Assembly: GCA_054661495.1 (NCBI GenBank)
Contig: BAAFSQ010000022.1
Coordinates: 1 to 32,000, forward strand
Source of the DNA: Zygophlyctis sp. KS116
Lineage: Eukaryota > Fungi > Chytridiomycota
Length of the DNA: 32,000 nt
Direction: 5' to 3'
In this document: positions 14,258-24,492 of the stretch, piece after piece
How the letters are laid out: each line of letters opens with the position of its first letter
Position numbering within the stretch: the first letter of the stretch is position 1
Program-made: the position numbers and the translations under genes
Notes under the pieces: model-generated
Databases searched by the model: none
Told to the model about the DNA's origin: nothing
What the model saw: the letters and a program-made list of their open reading frames with translations, nothing else

Positions 14258-14578
14258 TCATTTAAAAGTCTGCAGTTCATTTCTTAATTTTGGTCCTGAT
14301 TTCCTAGATCGGAGTAGCGTTACATAATCAACCATTCCGTCTGTGACATACTTTGAATCTTTCGATTTGACTTTTCTCTGATCTTTTTTGACCGGTAGAG
14401 GCTTTGCAGGACTTTTTGGTTTAGAGCTGCTTTGCTTTTGTACTTGGTTGCTGGAAGATTTTATGAGCTTTGTAGCTTCCTTTTGTTTCTTTGTCTTTCC
14501 AATCCGGCTGATCTTTCTTGATAGTCCCATTCTTCTTAGGGCTAAAGTTTTACTCCCTTTTGCCATTCTGGAGATCAT
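14258..14578 (-). CDS. Small basic Lys/Ser-rich protein of unknown function
   Basis: 106-codon ORF with coherent K/R/S-rich composition filling the gap between two genes. The true start may be the downstream MAKGSK. Confidence 0.6.
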   Translation of the reverse strand: MISRMAKGSKTLALRRMGLSRKISRIGKTKKQKEATKLIKSSSNQVQKQSSSKPKSPAKPLPVKKDQRKVKSKDSKYVTDGMVDYVTLLRSRKSGPKLRNELQTFK

Positions 14579-14719
14579 GCACTCATGATCTAGTGATTCA
14601 GTATATATTATAAAAGACGATTATATTCTCCATAATATCAATAGATCAGTAGCAGATTACGAAGAAATCATTAGCAGACCGCAAAAGATTTTAATTACGC
14701 GCATCGGACATTTCAAAGA

Positions 14720-16478
14720 ATGTTGAATTCTGGTGATATTCTGGAGAAGCCAGAGGCAGAGATAGGCAAAAAAACAGTCTATGACAAATTGTTGAAATGG
14801 TGGAAGTCAGATCAGGCAAACGCTATCGAGGCCGTAAATGTTTCGGACCTTGCGCAAGAATGTAATCCTTGCATTATTAACTCTAGTTGGGCAGGGCAGG
14901 TTTTCTGACGTTGTTGTAAAATGTTTATCAAAAAAGTATCCACTTCATAGAATTATACTAATTCAGTCACCATTTTTTAAACGAATCTTTTTGAATGATG
15001 ACAAATGTAAAGATATTAATCTCGAAATCGAAAATGATGATAGACTCAATATCGAAGGACTAGAGGTAAATGAGTCGATGAACTAAGTAATTTAGATTGC
15101 TCTTCGTGATTTATATTGTCCTCAGGGTAGACATAATCTAATTAATACTGAGAATGCTCTATGGGTATTGGCATTTGCATGCTTTTTAGAGCTTCAAGAA
15201 TTGGCTGATTTCTGTTCAGACATAATATTGACTAGAATGAATGCTGCTACTATTCACTCCATGATCTTATCGGTTGATAGACTTGCGTCAAGAAATTTAC
15301 CAGATGGAGATGCACATTCTTACAATACTTTATTGGCTTCACATCACGATAGTCTTGAAAAATGCTGTCTTTCATACTTGCTACAGTTAACATGCGCCAT
15401 AGGATTTGAATCTACGATAAAATGTGCGGATACAGAGCCTAAAAGCTTTGTGCCAGGATCTCAATGGAAATCTGCAGAGATTTTATTGGCTTCTCTATCT
15501 AATTCTTGGATTAAAAAAGTTCTTGCTTATCATACAATCTGCATCGAATCTGAATTTGCACGATATTCTACAATTAAACGAATTTTTGAATACAAGGAGG
15601 AAGGAATTCCTGTAAAGGATGAAGAAGAAACTGACAATGAAAATCCGATTGAGCCAGCCAAGAGTATACAGACTTGTGAAAATTCAGATAATAATACCTA
15701 TATTAGTAATATAATGGAATCAGTTATGCCAAGTCAGAAAAAAAGGAAGCGAAGTTATTCTATTTGTGAAAATAATGACTGTGGACAAGATGGAAGCAGG
15801 ATGATGATCCTTAAAAGCAGCATCAATTATGTTCATATGTCCTTTGAAGATCTTAGTATTTGTAGGAATGATCAATTAATTCCTGATGAAACTGTCTTAA
15901 AAAGCTTCTGGAAACAATCGGAGCTCATTAATGGTGTTGGATACCCAGGGGCGCAAATACAAGAATTTAGATTTTCAGCTCGCTTTTTGGATACTGGGAA
16001 TCTATTAAATGATAACAAACCGGAAAAAACATTTTCCTCTGATCCTATTTCATGTGCAGGAGCTCAATATCGAGTTATTTTATGTAGATCGGATAATCAG
16101 AGCACTCCTGAAAATCTCGAAGATTGTATTGTCATAGAAAATGATAAAATTCCACAGTCATCACGTACAGGAAAATCAAAAATGATTATCAAAGCTCTGT
16201 TGCAGAGAACACGCAGTGCGTCCAATAATCTGCATAAAGATAAGTATAACATATCTTATAAGTTGTATTGCTTTGATAGAAATGCCTTTATAAAAGGTAA
16301 AATTCAGGATGCTGCCTTCTTTGAACCAGTAACAGTATGCAATTTCGATGGAAGCGGAATAGCTAAGCCACTACCAACTAGCATGATCCAACCAGATGAA
16401 TCTCTTAAAAAGAAAGGAAAGGATTTAAATTGTGATTTTTGGGTTAGCGTACTCATCCATTTTGATTTCAAAGCATAA
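14720..16478 (+). CDS. BTB/POZ domain protein, germ-cell-less (GMCL)-like, 3 exons
   Basis: Introns 14862-14886 and 15066-15095 give FSDVVVKCLSKKYPLHRIILIQSPFF...EGLEIALRDLY...NALWVLAFACFLELQELADFC, a BTB signature; basic KKRKR NLS-like patch. Confidence 0.75.
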
Positions 16479-16482
16479 ATAA

Positions 16483-18359
16483 TTATTTATTACCATCGTA
16501 TTGGTATATACCCAAAAACATCATGAATGAAATTCCCAGTTTAAGGCTCCAACGCATAGGTACACGGTCTAGAAGTAATGCTGTTATCAATGACACCGAG
16601 ACTGCTTTTAATCCCTTACTGAAATCAGTTACTTCCCAATCCCCTTTTGAAGACTTATTTGGCAAACTTAGATGAGTTCCATCATCTAGAGATGATTTGC
16701 CAGATTTTTCTGTAACCTTGATCATCCCCTTCTGACCTCTAATTAGCTTTGGGATTTTTTTTGACTGAATGTTATTTTGAGATTTGCCCGAAACAAAATT
16801 ATTGAATGTTGACTTGATGAAATACTTTCCAGTTTCAGTAATTGTAACATTAATCCACTTACCCATGTATTCCTCATTTGCGATAACTAATATCGGCCTG
16901 TAATTCTTGTCATGGGCAACATAATGAATCGAATCACTTGCCCTGTCTGTGACCAGGACATCTATGCTGATCCCCATTAAATTTTCATATGATAAATATG
17001 ACTCAAAGAGCTTAGTAACCTTTCTACTTCTTGATTTCACGACTTCTGATGGTAGTCGTCTAAGACGTGCTGCAGGAGTACCTGGACGAGGATAAAATTG
17101 TGAAATATGAAGCGCTGGGAACCGATAAGTATTAAGCAGATCCAAAGTTTCTTCAAAATCTGATTCTGTTTCAGTGGGAAAACCACATATAACATCAGTT
17201 GCAATAGTGATTCCAGGAACATTCTTGCGCAGATATTCTACAACATGCATAAAGTCTTCCCGAACATATAATCGGCGCATATCATTAAGAACACGATTAG
17301 ATCCTGCTTGGAAAGGAACATGCAGAAAGGAATATACCCTAGAGTGATTTAGAATTGGAACCATATCTGGCAAATGCTCTAAAATGTATGGGGGATTAGT
17401 CATTCCTATTCTAAGCATTGTATCCTGATTCTCATGAGTATCCATAGTCTTTATAATTTGCCGAAGTAAGTCAACAATCGAGACTCCAATATCTCGACCA
17501 TAAGCCCCAGTATCCTCTGAAGTCAGCCAAATTTCTTGAACTCCTTCTGACATGACCGAAGACACTCGATCAATAATTTCTTGTATACTATAAGATCCCA
17601 AGTCTCCACGGGCATGCTTCCTAAACGATTAAGAAATAATGTTTTACGTTTTGCAATATGTGCATTGATTCAAACATCCAGTATTAATTGGAATGATTTC
17701 AATATATGGATTTCTTCTTATTTTCGGCAACATCAGAGAAGCTCCTCCAGTTTTTTTCATTTTACCGTTTTTGTCTAAAGATTTTTGATCTTTTAGTAAT
17801 TGAACAGTATTCCCCTTTAATGTTTCCTCGACAACATAGACCACTTGATCAATTTGCTGGACCTTGTAAATTAGACTTATCAATAATTACCCCAATAATA
17901 CTCAACGAATTCCACTCTGTACCCTTTGGTGACCCTTGCGGAACACATCCGCTGACAACAATCTATTCATATTAGCATAAAATTAGCCCATACCTTTTTT
18001 CCAACTTGAACGGCCTTTTTAATTTCATTTATAAATGTCTGTTCTGATGGTCCTTTAACAGTGCAAGAATTCAAAAGCCAAAGATCTGCATCATTCTTTT
18101 CCGCATCATTCAAAACAATTGTATATCCTTCAGCCGCCAATAACCCAGCCATATATTCACCGTCTGAATTATTATGGCCACATCCCCATGTTTTAACAAA
18201 GATTATTGATTTCCCAGGTAGAAAAGGCATCAGTCCTTTTGGGTCTTGATCAATGCATGCAGATGCAGCCGATGCAGATTTAGTATGAGGCATAGCATAA
18301 TTAGAGAGTGGATCGGTTCTATTTGAATCTTGGACTGTTAGCTCTTCGATATCAATCAT
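16483..18359 (-). CDS. CDKAL1: Threonylcarbamoyladenosine tRNA methylthiotransferase (radical SAM), 4 exons
   Basis: [29 protein letters not shown], radical-SAM motif [27 protein letters not shown], and a hydrophobic C-terminal tail. Introns 17963-17993, 17863-17890, 17621-17647. Confidence 0.95.
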
Positions 18360-18458
18360 TTATCCTTGTTAGCCAAAGCCTTGCGCTAGAAATTACCACA
18401 AAAGGCAATCTTGCGCAGGAAGCCCTGATCTTTGATAATATTCTACTAAATCTTAAGA

Positions 18459-20312
18459 ATGAAGAGGGAAGGAGAATGCATTGATCAATCTGCTAAAAGA
18501 ATTGAAACTGAAATTCCAGGTATAGAAGTTCAAGCTTGTATTTCGGACAATGATCAGACTCTTAAAGAGTTAGGATCAGTAAAGAATGAAGAAGTAATGG
18601 CTGACAAAGTGAATTCCAGACATCAGCTGAAAGTTTGGATATCTGCTAAACACATTTATCAGAAAGATTTTGATAAATTCTTAAAGAAACTCGAAATCTC
18701 TTTTGTCAAGTCAAAAAAAGCTCCAAAAACAGATTATGCAATTATAACTTTTGCTACACAAGCTGATAAGGCTGCTGGTGCTAAAGTGTTGGAAGTGGCT
18801 GAATTAAAGGGAAAGTCATTAACTGTTGCTGATCATGCTCAAATTGAAAGATCTGCACCATTTAAACCGAAAGATATTTCAAATGAAGAGGACAATAGAA
18901 CTCCTTTGGAGAAGATTGCAGATCAAGTTACTCCACTATGGAGAAAATCATACCAGGAACAATTACAAGTCAAGCAAGATCGATTTAAAAAAGTGCTTCG
19001 ATCTTTAAAGAGTGACATATATAAGCTCATTCCAAAACGTAAGAAACCCCAAGTGAAAACAAATAATGATGGAAGTGTTTCTGGAGTTCCTTCTGAAGAA
19101 TGTGATGAATCTAAACGGCAACAATTGGAATGGATCAAGGACAAAGTCAAGGAAAATGATGGATTTCCTTGTGCCCTTCTTGATATAATTCCTTCGCCAG
19201 TAGAAAAAGAATATCGAAACAAGTGTGAATTTACATTTGGAAAGGATATTGATGGCAATCCAACTGTTGGGTTTCTTTTGGGACTATTTAAAGAAGGATA
19301 TTCCGCAGTTATTTCACCAGATAGCTGTTTACATGTATCTGAACCTGCAAAACAAATAGCAAAGTCATTGGAAAAAATGACCAGAGAATCTAAATTACCT
19401 GTTTATGATCGTATCACTCAACAAGGATTTTGGAGACTAGCACAAGTTCGAACATTTACTTCGGGAGAGAACTCCATTCTTCTACAAGTAAATTCTTCTG
19501 GATTCTCAGATTCAGATATTGAAGAAAGTAAAACGATTTATCTTCAGACAGTAAAGGAAATGCCAGTTAATATCAATTCCTGCTATTTTCAAATTTGGGA
19601 TGGAGTATTCAATGGTTTTAAAGAAGATTCTGAATCAGAGCTTCTAATGGGATCGTCTGTTATTCACGAGAATCTTCTTGATGTTAAATTCCAAGTATCT
19701 CCGCAGGCATTCTTTCAAGTCAATACTCCTGCAACTGAAACTCTGTTCTCGGTCATAAAAGACTGGGTATTAACTAAGGATGTTTCGCCAGAAAATGTTG
19801 TATTACTAGATTTATGCTGTGGTACTGGGACAATTGGAATAGCTCTCTCATCTCACTTTAAGAAAGTTATAGGAGTTGAAATGGTTCAGGATGCAATCAA
19901 AGATGCTGAAGCAAATGCTGAACTAAATGGTATTTTAGAAAGAATTTTAATCTGAATAGGTATTAAAAATGTTGAATATTTATGTGGAAAGGTTGAAGAT
20001 GTCATGACTAAAGTAATTAGTTTAATCCATCCAACTGATTCTGTCGTTGCTATTCTAGACCCTCCACGTTCAGGAGTTCATTCCTCTGTGATTCAAGCTA
20101 TTAGAGGCTGTTCTAGAATTAATCGACTGATATATATTTCATGCAATGCTGAATCAGCTCTAAAAAATTTTGTGGATTTGGCTCGACCGACTTCTAAACG
20201 ATATGAAGGAATTCCTTTTATACCGGATAGAGCGGTTGGAGTTGATCTTTTCCCAATGACGCCGCATGCAGAATTGATAATGGAATGGTCAAGAGAAGAA
20301 TCTAAAAAATAA
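18459..20312 (+). CDS. TRMT2A: tRNA (uracil-5-)-methyltransferase, TRMT2A-like, 2 exons
   Basis: RRM-like N-terminus, DQVTPLW, YRNKCEF, SPQAFFQVN, LDLCCGTGTIG, LDPPRSG, YISCN, VDLFPMTPHAE. Intron 19930-19959. Confidence 0.93.
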
Positions 20313-20388
20313 TTAGAATAATATTAGTTTATTAATACAATCCGAAGTGTCTGAGAATTCATCCGCTCACGCGAAATTTTCAGCGCAA

Positions 20389-22943
20389 ATGTCAAGCAAA
20401 TTGATTGTTGTTTCAAATCGCTTACCAATCACTCTTTCAAACTCTGAAGAGTCTGGATGGTCTTTCTCCATGTCTTCTGGAGGACTGGTCAGTGCATTAT
20501 CTGGATTGAAGAAGGATACTGTTTTTACTTGGTTAGGTACTTAACTTGACTTATATCAAGGCTGGCCAGGGCAGGAAATCCCGGCAGATGATCAAAAGGT
20601 TGTACAGAAGCAGCTGATGGATCAGTATTCCTGTATGCCTGTTTATTTGCCTGGTGATGTGGCAGACAAGCATTACAATGGATTTTCTAATTCTATTCTA
20701 TGGCCACTTTTTCATTATCATCCAGGCGTAAGTTTAGATTTCATAAGAATTTTAGGAAATTAATTTCGATGAAGATTATTGGGAAGCATATCAGCAAGCA
20801 AATAATGCATTTGCTGATGCATTAGAGGAAATCGTGAATGACGGTGATTTTATATGGGTTCACGACTATCATTTGATGCTTTTGCCAGCAATTTTAAGAA
20901 AACGCTTGGAAAAGACACCAGAAAAAGTTGTGAAAATCGGATTCTTTTTGCATACTCCATTTCCATCTTCAGAAATTTATCGAATTCTTCCTGTCCGTAA
21001 ACAGGTATTGTTAGGTGTACTTCATTCTGATCTCATTGGTTTTCATACCTATGATTATGCTAGACATTTTCTAAGTTCCTGTTCTAGAATTTTGGGGTTG
21101 CATACAATGCCAAACGGGGCCGAATTTGAAGGAAGGTGTAAGTTTTCTTTACTAAGTATGAGTGGTGCATGTTGGGACTTTTCCGATTGGTATAGATCCA
21201 GAAAAATTCGCATTGGGATTACAAACCCCAAAAATTATGGATCGTATACAGCGACTTAAAGAAAAATTTAAAGGAGTTAAAGTATTAGTAGGAGTGGATA
21301 GATTAGATTATATCAAAGGTGTTCCACAAAAGTTGCATGCATTTGATGTTTTTCTGTCTAATCATCCAGAATGGATCGAAAAGGTGGTATTAATTCAAGT
21401 CGCTGTACCATCAAGGGAGAAGGTCGAGGAATATCAGGCGCTGGAAGCAGTTGTTAATGAGCTAGTAGGAAAGATAAATGGAAGATTTGGTACGATTGAA
21501 TTTACTCCGATACACTTTATGCATAAATCAGTGAGTTTTGATGAACTAACTGCGCTTTATGCGGTGGCTGATGCATGCATCGTATCCTCAACTCGTGATG
21601 GTATGAATCTTGTCTCTTACGAGTACATTGTCTGCCAACAAAATAATCACGGGGTTTTAATTCTTAGCGAATTTGCGGGAGCGGCTCAGTCTTTGAATGG
21701 TATGCAATTGTATTTATCATGTGTAGGATCTATTATCGTTAATCCATGGAACACGGAGGAACTGGCAGAGTCAATTTATGAGGCGGTAACCATGCCAGAA
21801 GACGTTAGAAAAGGCAAGTTTCTAAGCATATGCTAATTAATAGCAAATCACCAAAAGCTTTATCGGTATGTATCAAGGTATACGGCTGCTTTTTGGGGGA
21901 AATCTTTTGTTCAAGAGTTGATGGTATTTACTTATATATGATCTAAAACTAAAGCGAGTAACTGAAAAATATGATCCTAGAAAATTGCCGAGATTATCAT
22001 TTGACGATTGCTTCAAAGCTTTTAGTAATGCCAAGAAGAAAAGAGTATGTTTAAAGAGTTAAAGTTAGGTCATATTGCTGGATTATGATGGTACTTTAAC
22101 GATTGATAGAAACATATCTGAGCTTTCTAAACCTTCCTCAAAGACTCTATCATCGCTTACTGCACTGTCTTCTTTACCCAACACATATGTCTATATACTG
22201 TCGTCAAGAACAAGATCTGACCTTGAAAATCTTTTCCCTGATTGTAGAGTTGGGTTTTCTGCAGAGCACGGATGCTTTTATCGTCACCCAGCGAATACGT
22301 CTTTATCACCTCCTTTGGATATGAGTAGATCTCAGAGCGTTGAGTCTAGAGATTCAGAATTAAGTTCAACAGTAAAGGTCCGTACAAGTGATGGATGGTA
22401 TGTTTTGGTAGATCAGGTTGAGTCATCTTGGCGCACAACTATAAAGCCGCTTCTTCAGCATTACTTTGAAAGAACTCCTGGATCTTTTATTGAAGAAAAA
22501 GAATTCAATATAACATGGGATTATTCTAACTCGGATGTAGAATTTGGAGTAATTTGTCAGCGTATTAATTATTAGGCATGGCAAGCAGCAGAACTTCAAG
22601 CTAATCTTGAAAAGATATTATCCCATATGGCCGTTTCAATCATTATGGGAAGTAAATCATTAGAACTACGACCAGCAAGTGTCGACAAGGCAACATCTGT
22701 CCGCTCGGTACATGTCTATTTTTTAATTTTTAGATTATGAAGGATCTTGACGCATTAGCAGATTGTGATTTTTTACTGTGCGTTGGTGACGGTAAAACTG
22801 ATGAGGTAGTATTTCAGTATTTGGAAGAAACTATCCCATTATGTTTTACTTGTACTGTAGGAAAAAAGCAAACAGAAGCTCGCTTTTACCTAGATTCAGT
22901 AAAAGATGTTCAGCAACTTATTCAGGAATTATTGAAAAACTAG
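20389..22943 (+). CDS. TPS1: Trehalose-6-phosphate synthase with fused trehalose-phosphatase (HAD) domain, 10 exons
   Basis: VVSNRLP, SSGGLVSAL, HYNGFSNSILWPLFHY, WVHDYHL, DRLDYIKG, RDGMNLVSYE, then DYDGTL and GDGKTDE. Introns 20537-20560, 20728-20755, 21138-21162, 21700-21726, 21814-21843 (GC-AG), 21924-21954, 22045-22068, 22549-22575, 22708-22733. Confidence 0.92.
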
Positions 22944-23049
22944 TAAGAACTTGAAAAAAAAAGTTTTTGTTATTAAATTATGTTTTTTGTATGACTGAAT
23001 ATATTCTGGAAATTTCATTGTATCCAAAAACAAATGTACCTTTAAAACA

Positions 23050-23727
23050 CTAAAGATACTGAAAATCATGAAATTGGATCCGTGCTAAGTTTTTTTCTAA
23101 AATCTCCAACTCCTTATTTGTCATAAATTCTGGATTCTTTGGAATACTTTTTCCTGATTGACTCTCATATTTCAACTCTTCTGGCCATCCAAAAATATCA
23201 AGACTTAAAAGATAACTCCAGTCAGTCTTTATAAATTTTTCTGGAGATAATTTTGCAATTAAATTTCCCTTGATATATCCTAAAACCTGGCTACGATATG
23301 ATAAAGAATGAATAGAATCAGCAAATTCAGGAATAATATCATCAGCTTCTCCTTTCCCATTATGTTCCTGATCTTGAATTTCCAAAGATGCGAGATTAAA
23401 TTCACTAAAATAAGGATCAGAAAGATCAAATCCCTTGAGATGAGTTTCAAAGTCTCTTAATTGCTGATCAGAGATCGATAATTGATTCGGAACATCTTTT
23501 GATTTAACATTATTTATAATAACAGTTGAATCCACAGAGTTTGCTCCCATCGATAGATTATCAATTACAGACTGATCATCCTTCTTATGCCTTGCACGGC
23601 CTTTATGCATGGAGCTCAGCAGCCTGGTAGAAAATCTGTTTAAAGAACTTTTTGTCAATTGAGAATGATCCTTTACTGGAGCACATGAAATCAAAGATGA
23701 CCAGAACAAGACTAGAAAAATGATCAT
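23050..23727 (-). CDS. Predicted secreted protein of unknown function
   Basis: Intronless 225-aa ORF starting with a signal-peptide-like MIIFLVLFWSSLISCAP. Confidence 0.75.
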   Translation of the reverse strand: MIIFLVLFWSSLISCAPVKDHSQLTKSSLNRFSTRLLSSMHKGRARHKKDDQSVIDNLSMGANSVDSTVIINNVKSKDVPNQLSISDQQLRDFETHLKGFDLSDPYFSEFNLASLEIQDQEHNGKGEADDIIPEFADSIHSLSYRSQVLGYIKGNLIAKLSPEKFIKTDWSYLLSLDIFGWPEELKYESQSGKSIPKNPEFMTNKELEILEKNLARIQFHDFQYL

Positions 23728-23906
23728 TGTAAAGTACTAAATGGTTAATAAAGACATATATCTTACCTTTTGTTCTGTAAATTTGATGTCATGTAGGGTA
23801 AAAATTCAACTGTTGGTTTCGGACATTCAGGCGCATGTTGAGACAGAAATACTTTGCTGTAAATTACTCCCAGTAGAATTCCAAAAGGGACAATATATAG
23901 AAAGAC

Positions 23907-24478
23907 ATGATCTGTAGGAGTTTAACTGGTACTGGTATTATTTGGAGCCGAGAGACTGGTGGCGTTTGCGTGGGGGCCAGTGGCGTCGTCATTGTTTTTA
24001 TCCGAAATGGAAGAATTACAGACTCGACAGGTTTGGATTGGGTAAGTTGGATTCAGCTGATATTAGTCAAGATCTATATACGGTTGAGTATCCGACTTCT
24101 CTAAAGTTGGACGGTCTGGGGGAAAAGCCTGCAGAGCCAATTCTTGAAGAGGCTCCACAACAAGAGCAAGTGCCACAAGTAAATGATGAATGGGATGAGA
24201 GGAAGGGAATCTTTTATACTATAGTACAAATGATTTTTGCTTTTCTGATTCTTACTCAAGGTGCTAGTGTATTCAAATCAGTGGCTATTGCTACTATTCT
24301 TCTTGTAATTGGTCTTTCGCAGTTGGGTTATATACACTGGTCAAACTGGTTCATCAATGTCGCTCGGTTTGTACAGCCAGCAAGAGCAGAGGAACAAGAA
24401 CCAGTCTGGAAAACAATATTTCTACTCTCAATCAACTTTATCATGTCACTTTTCCCAGGATTAAACGAAATAGAATAG
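23907..24478 (+). CDS. HERP/Usa1-like ER membrane protein (5' structure uncertain)
   Basis: Hydrophobic hairpin IFYTIVQMIFAFLILTQGASVFKSVAIATILLVIGLSQLGY and C-terminal WKTIFLLSINFIMSLFPG resemble HERP-family ends. Best model uses ATG 23907 plus a 26-nt intron 24031-24056, giving a degenerate UBL-like N-terminus (MICRSLTG...VFIRNGRITD). Confidence 0.5.
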
Positions 24479-24492
24479 CATTTATTAACATA

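Noticed and set aside
14590-14672. Possible C/D snoRNA on the minus strand (two CTGA boxes, TGATT/AATCA ends)
   Set aside because: No acceptable C box and no rRNA complementarity that I can recognise.
23741-23917. 58-aa ORF in frame with the HERP-like ORF through a TAG (readthrough)
   Set aside because: The following frame is implausibly Trp/Arg-rich, typical of off-frame Gly codons; ATG 23907 plus a 26-nt intron is simpler.
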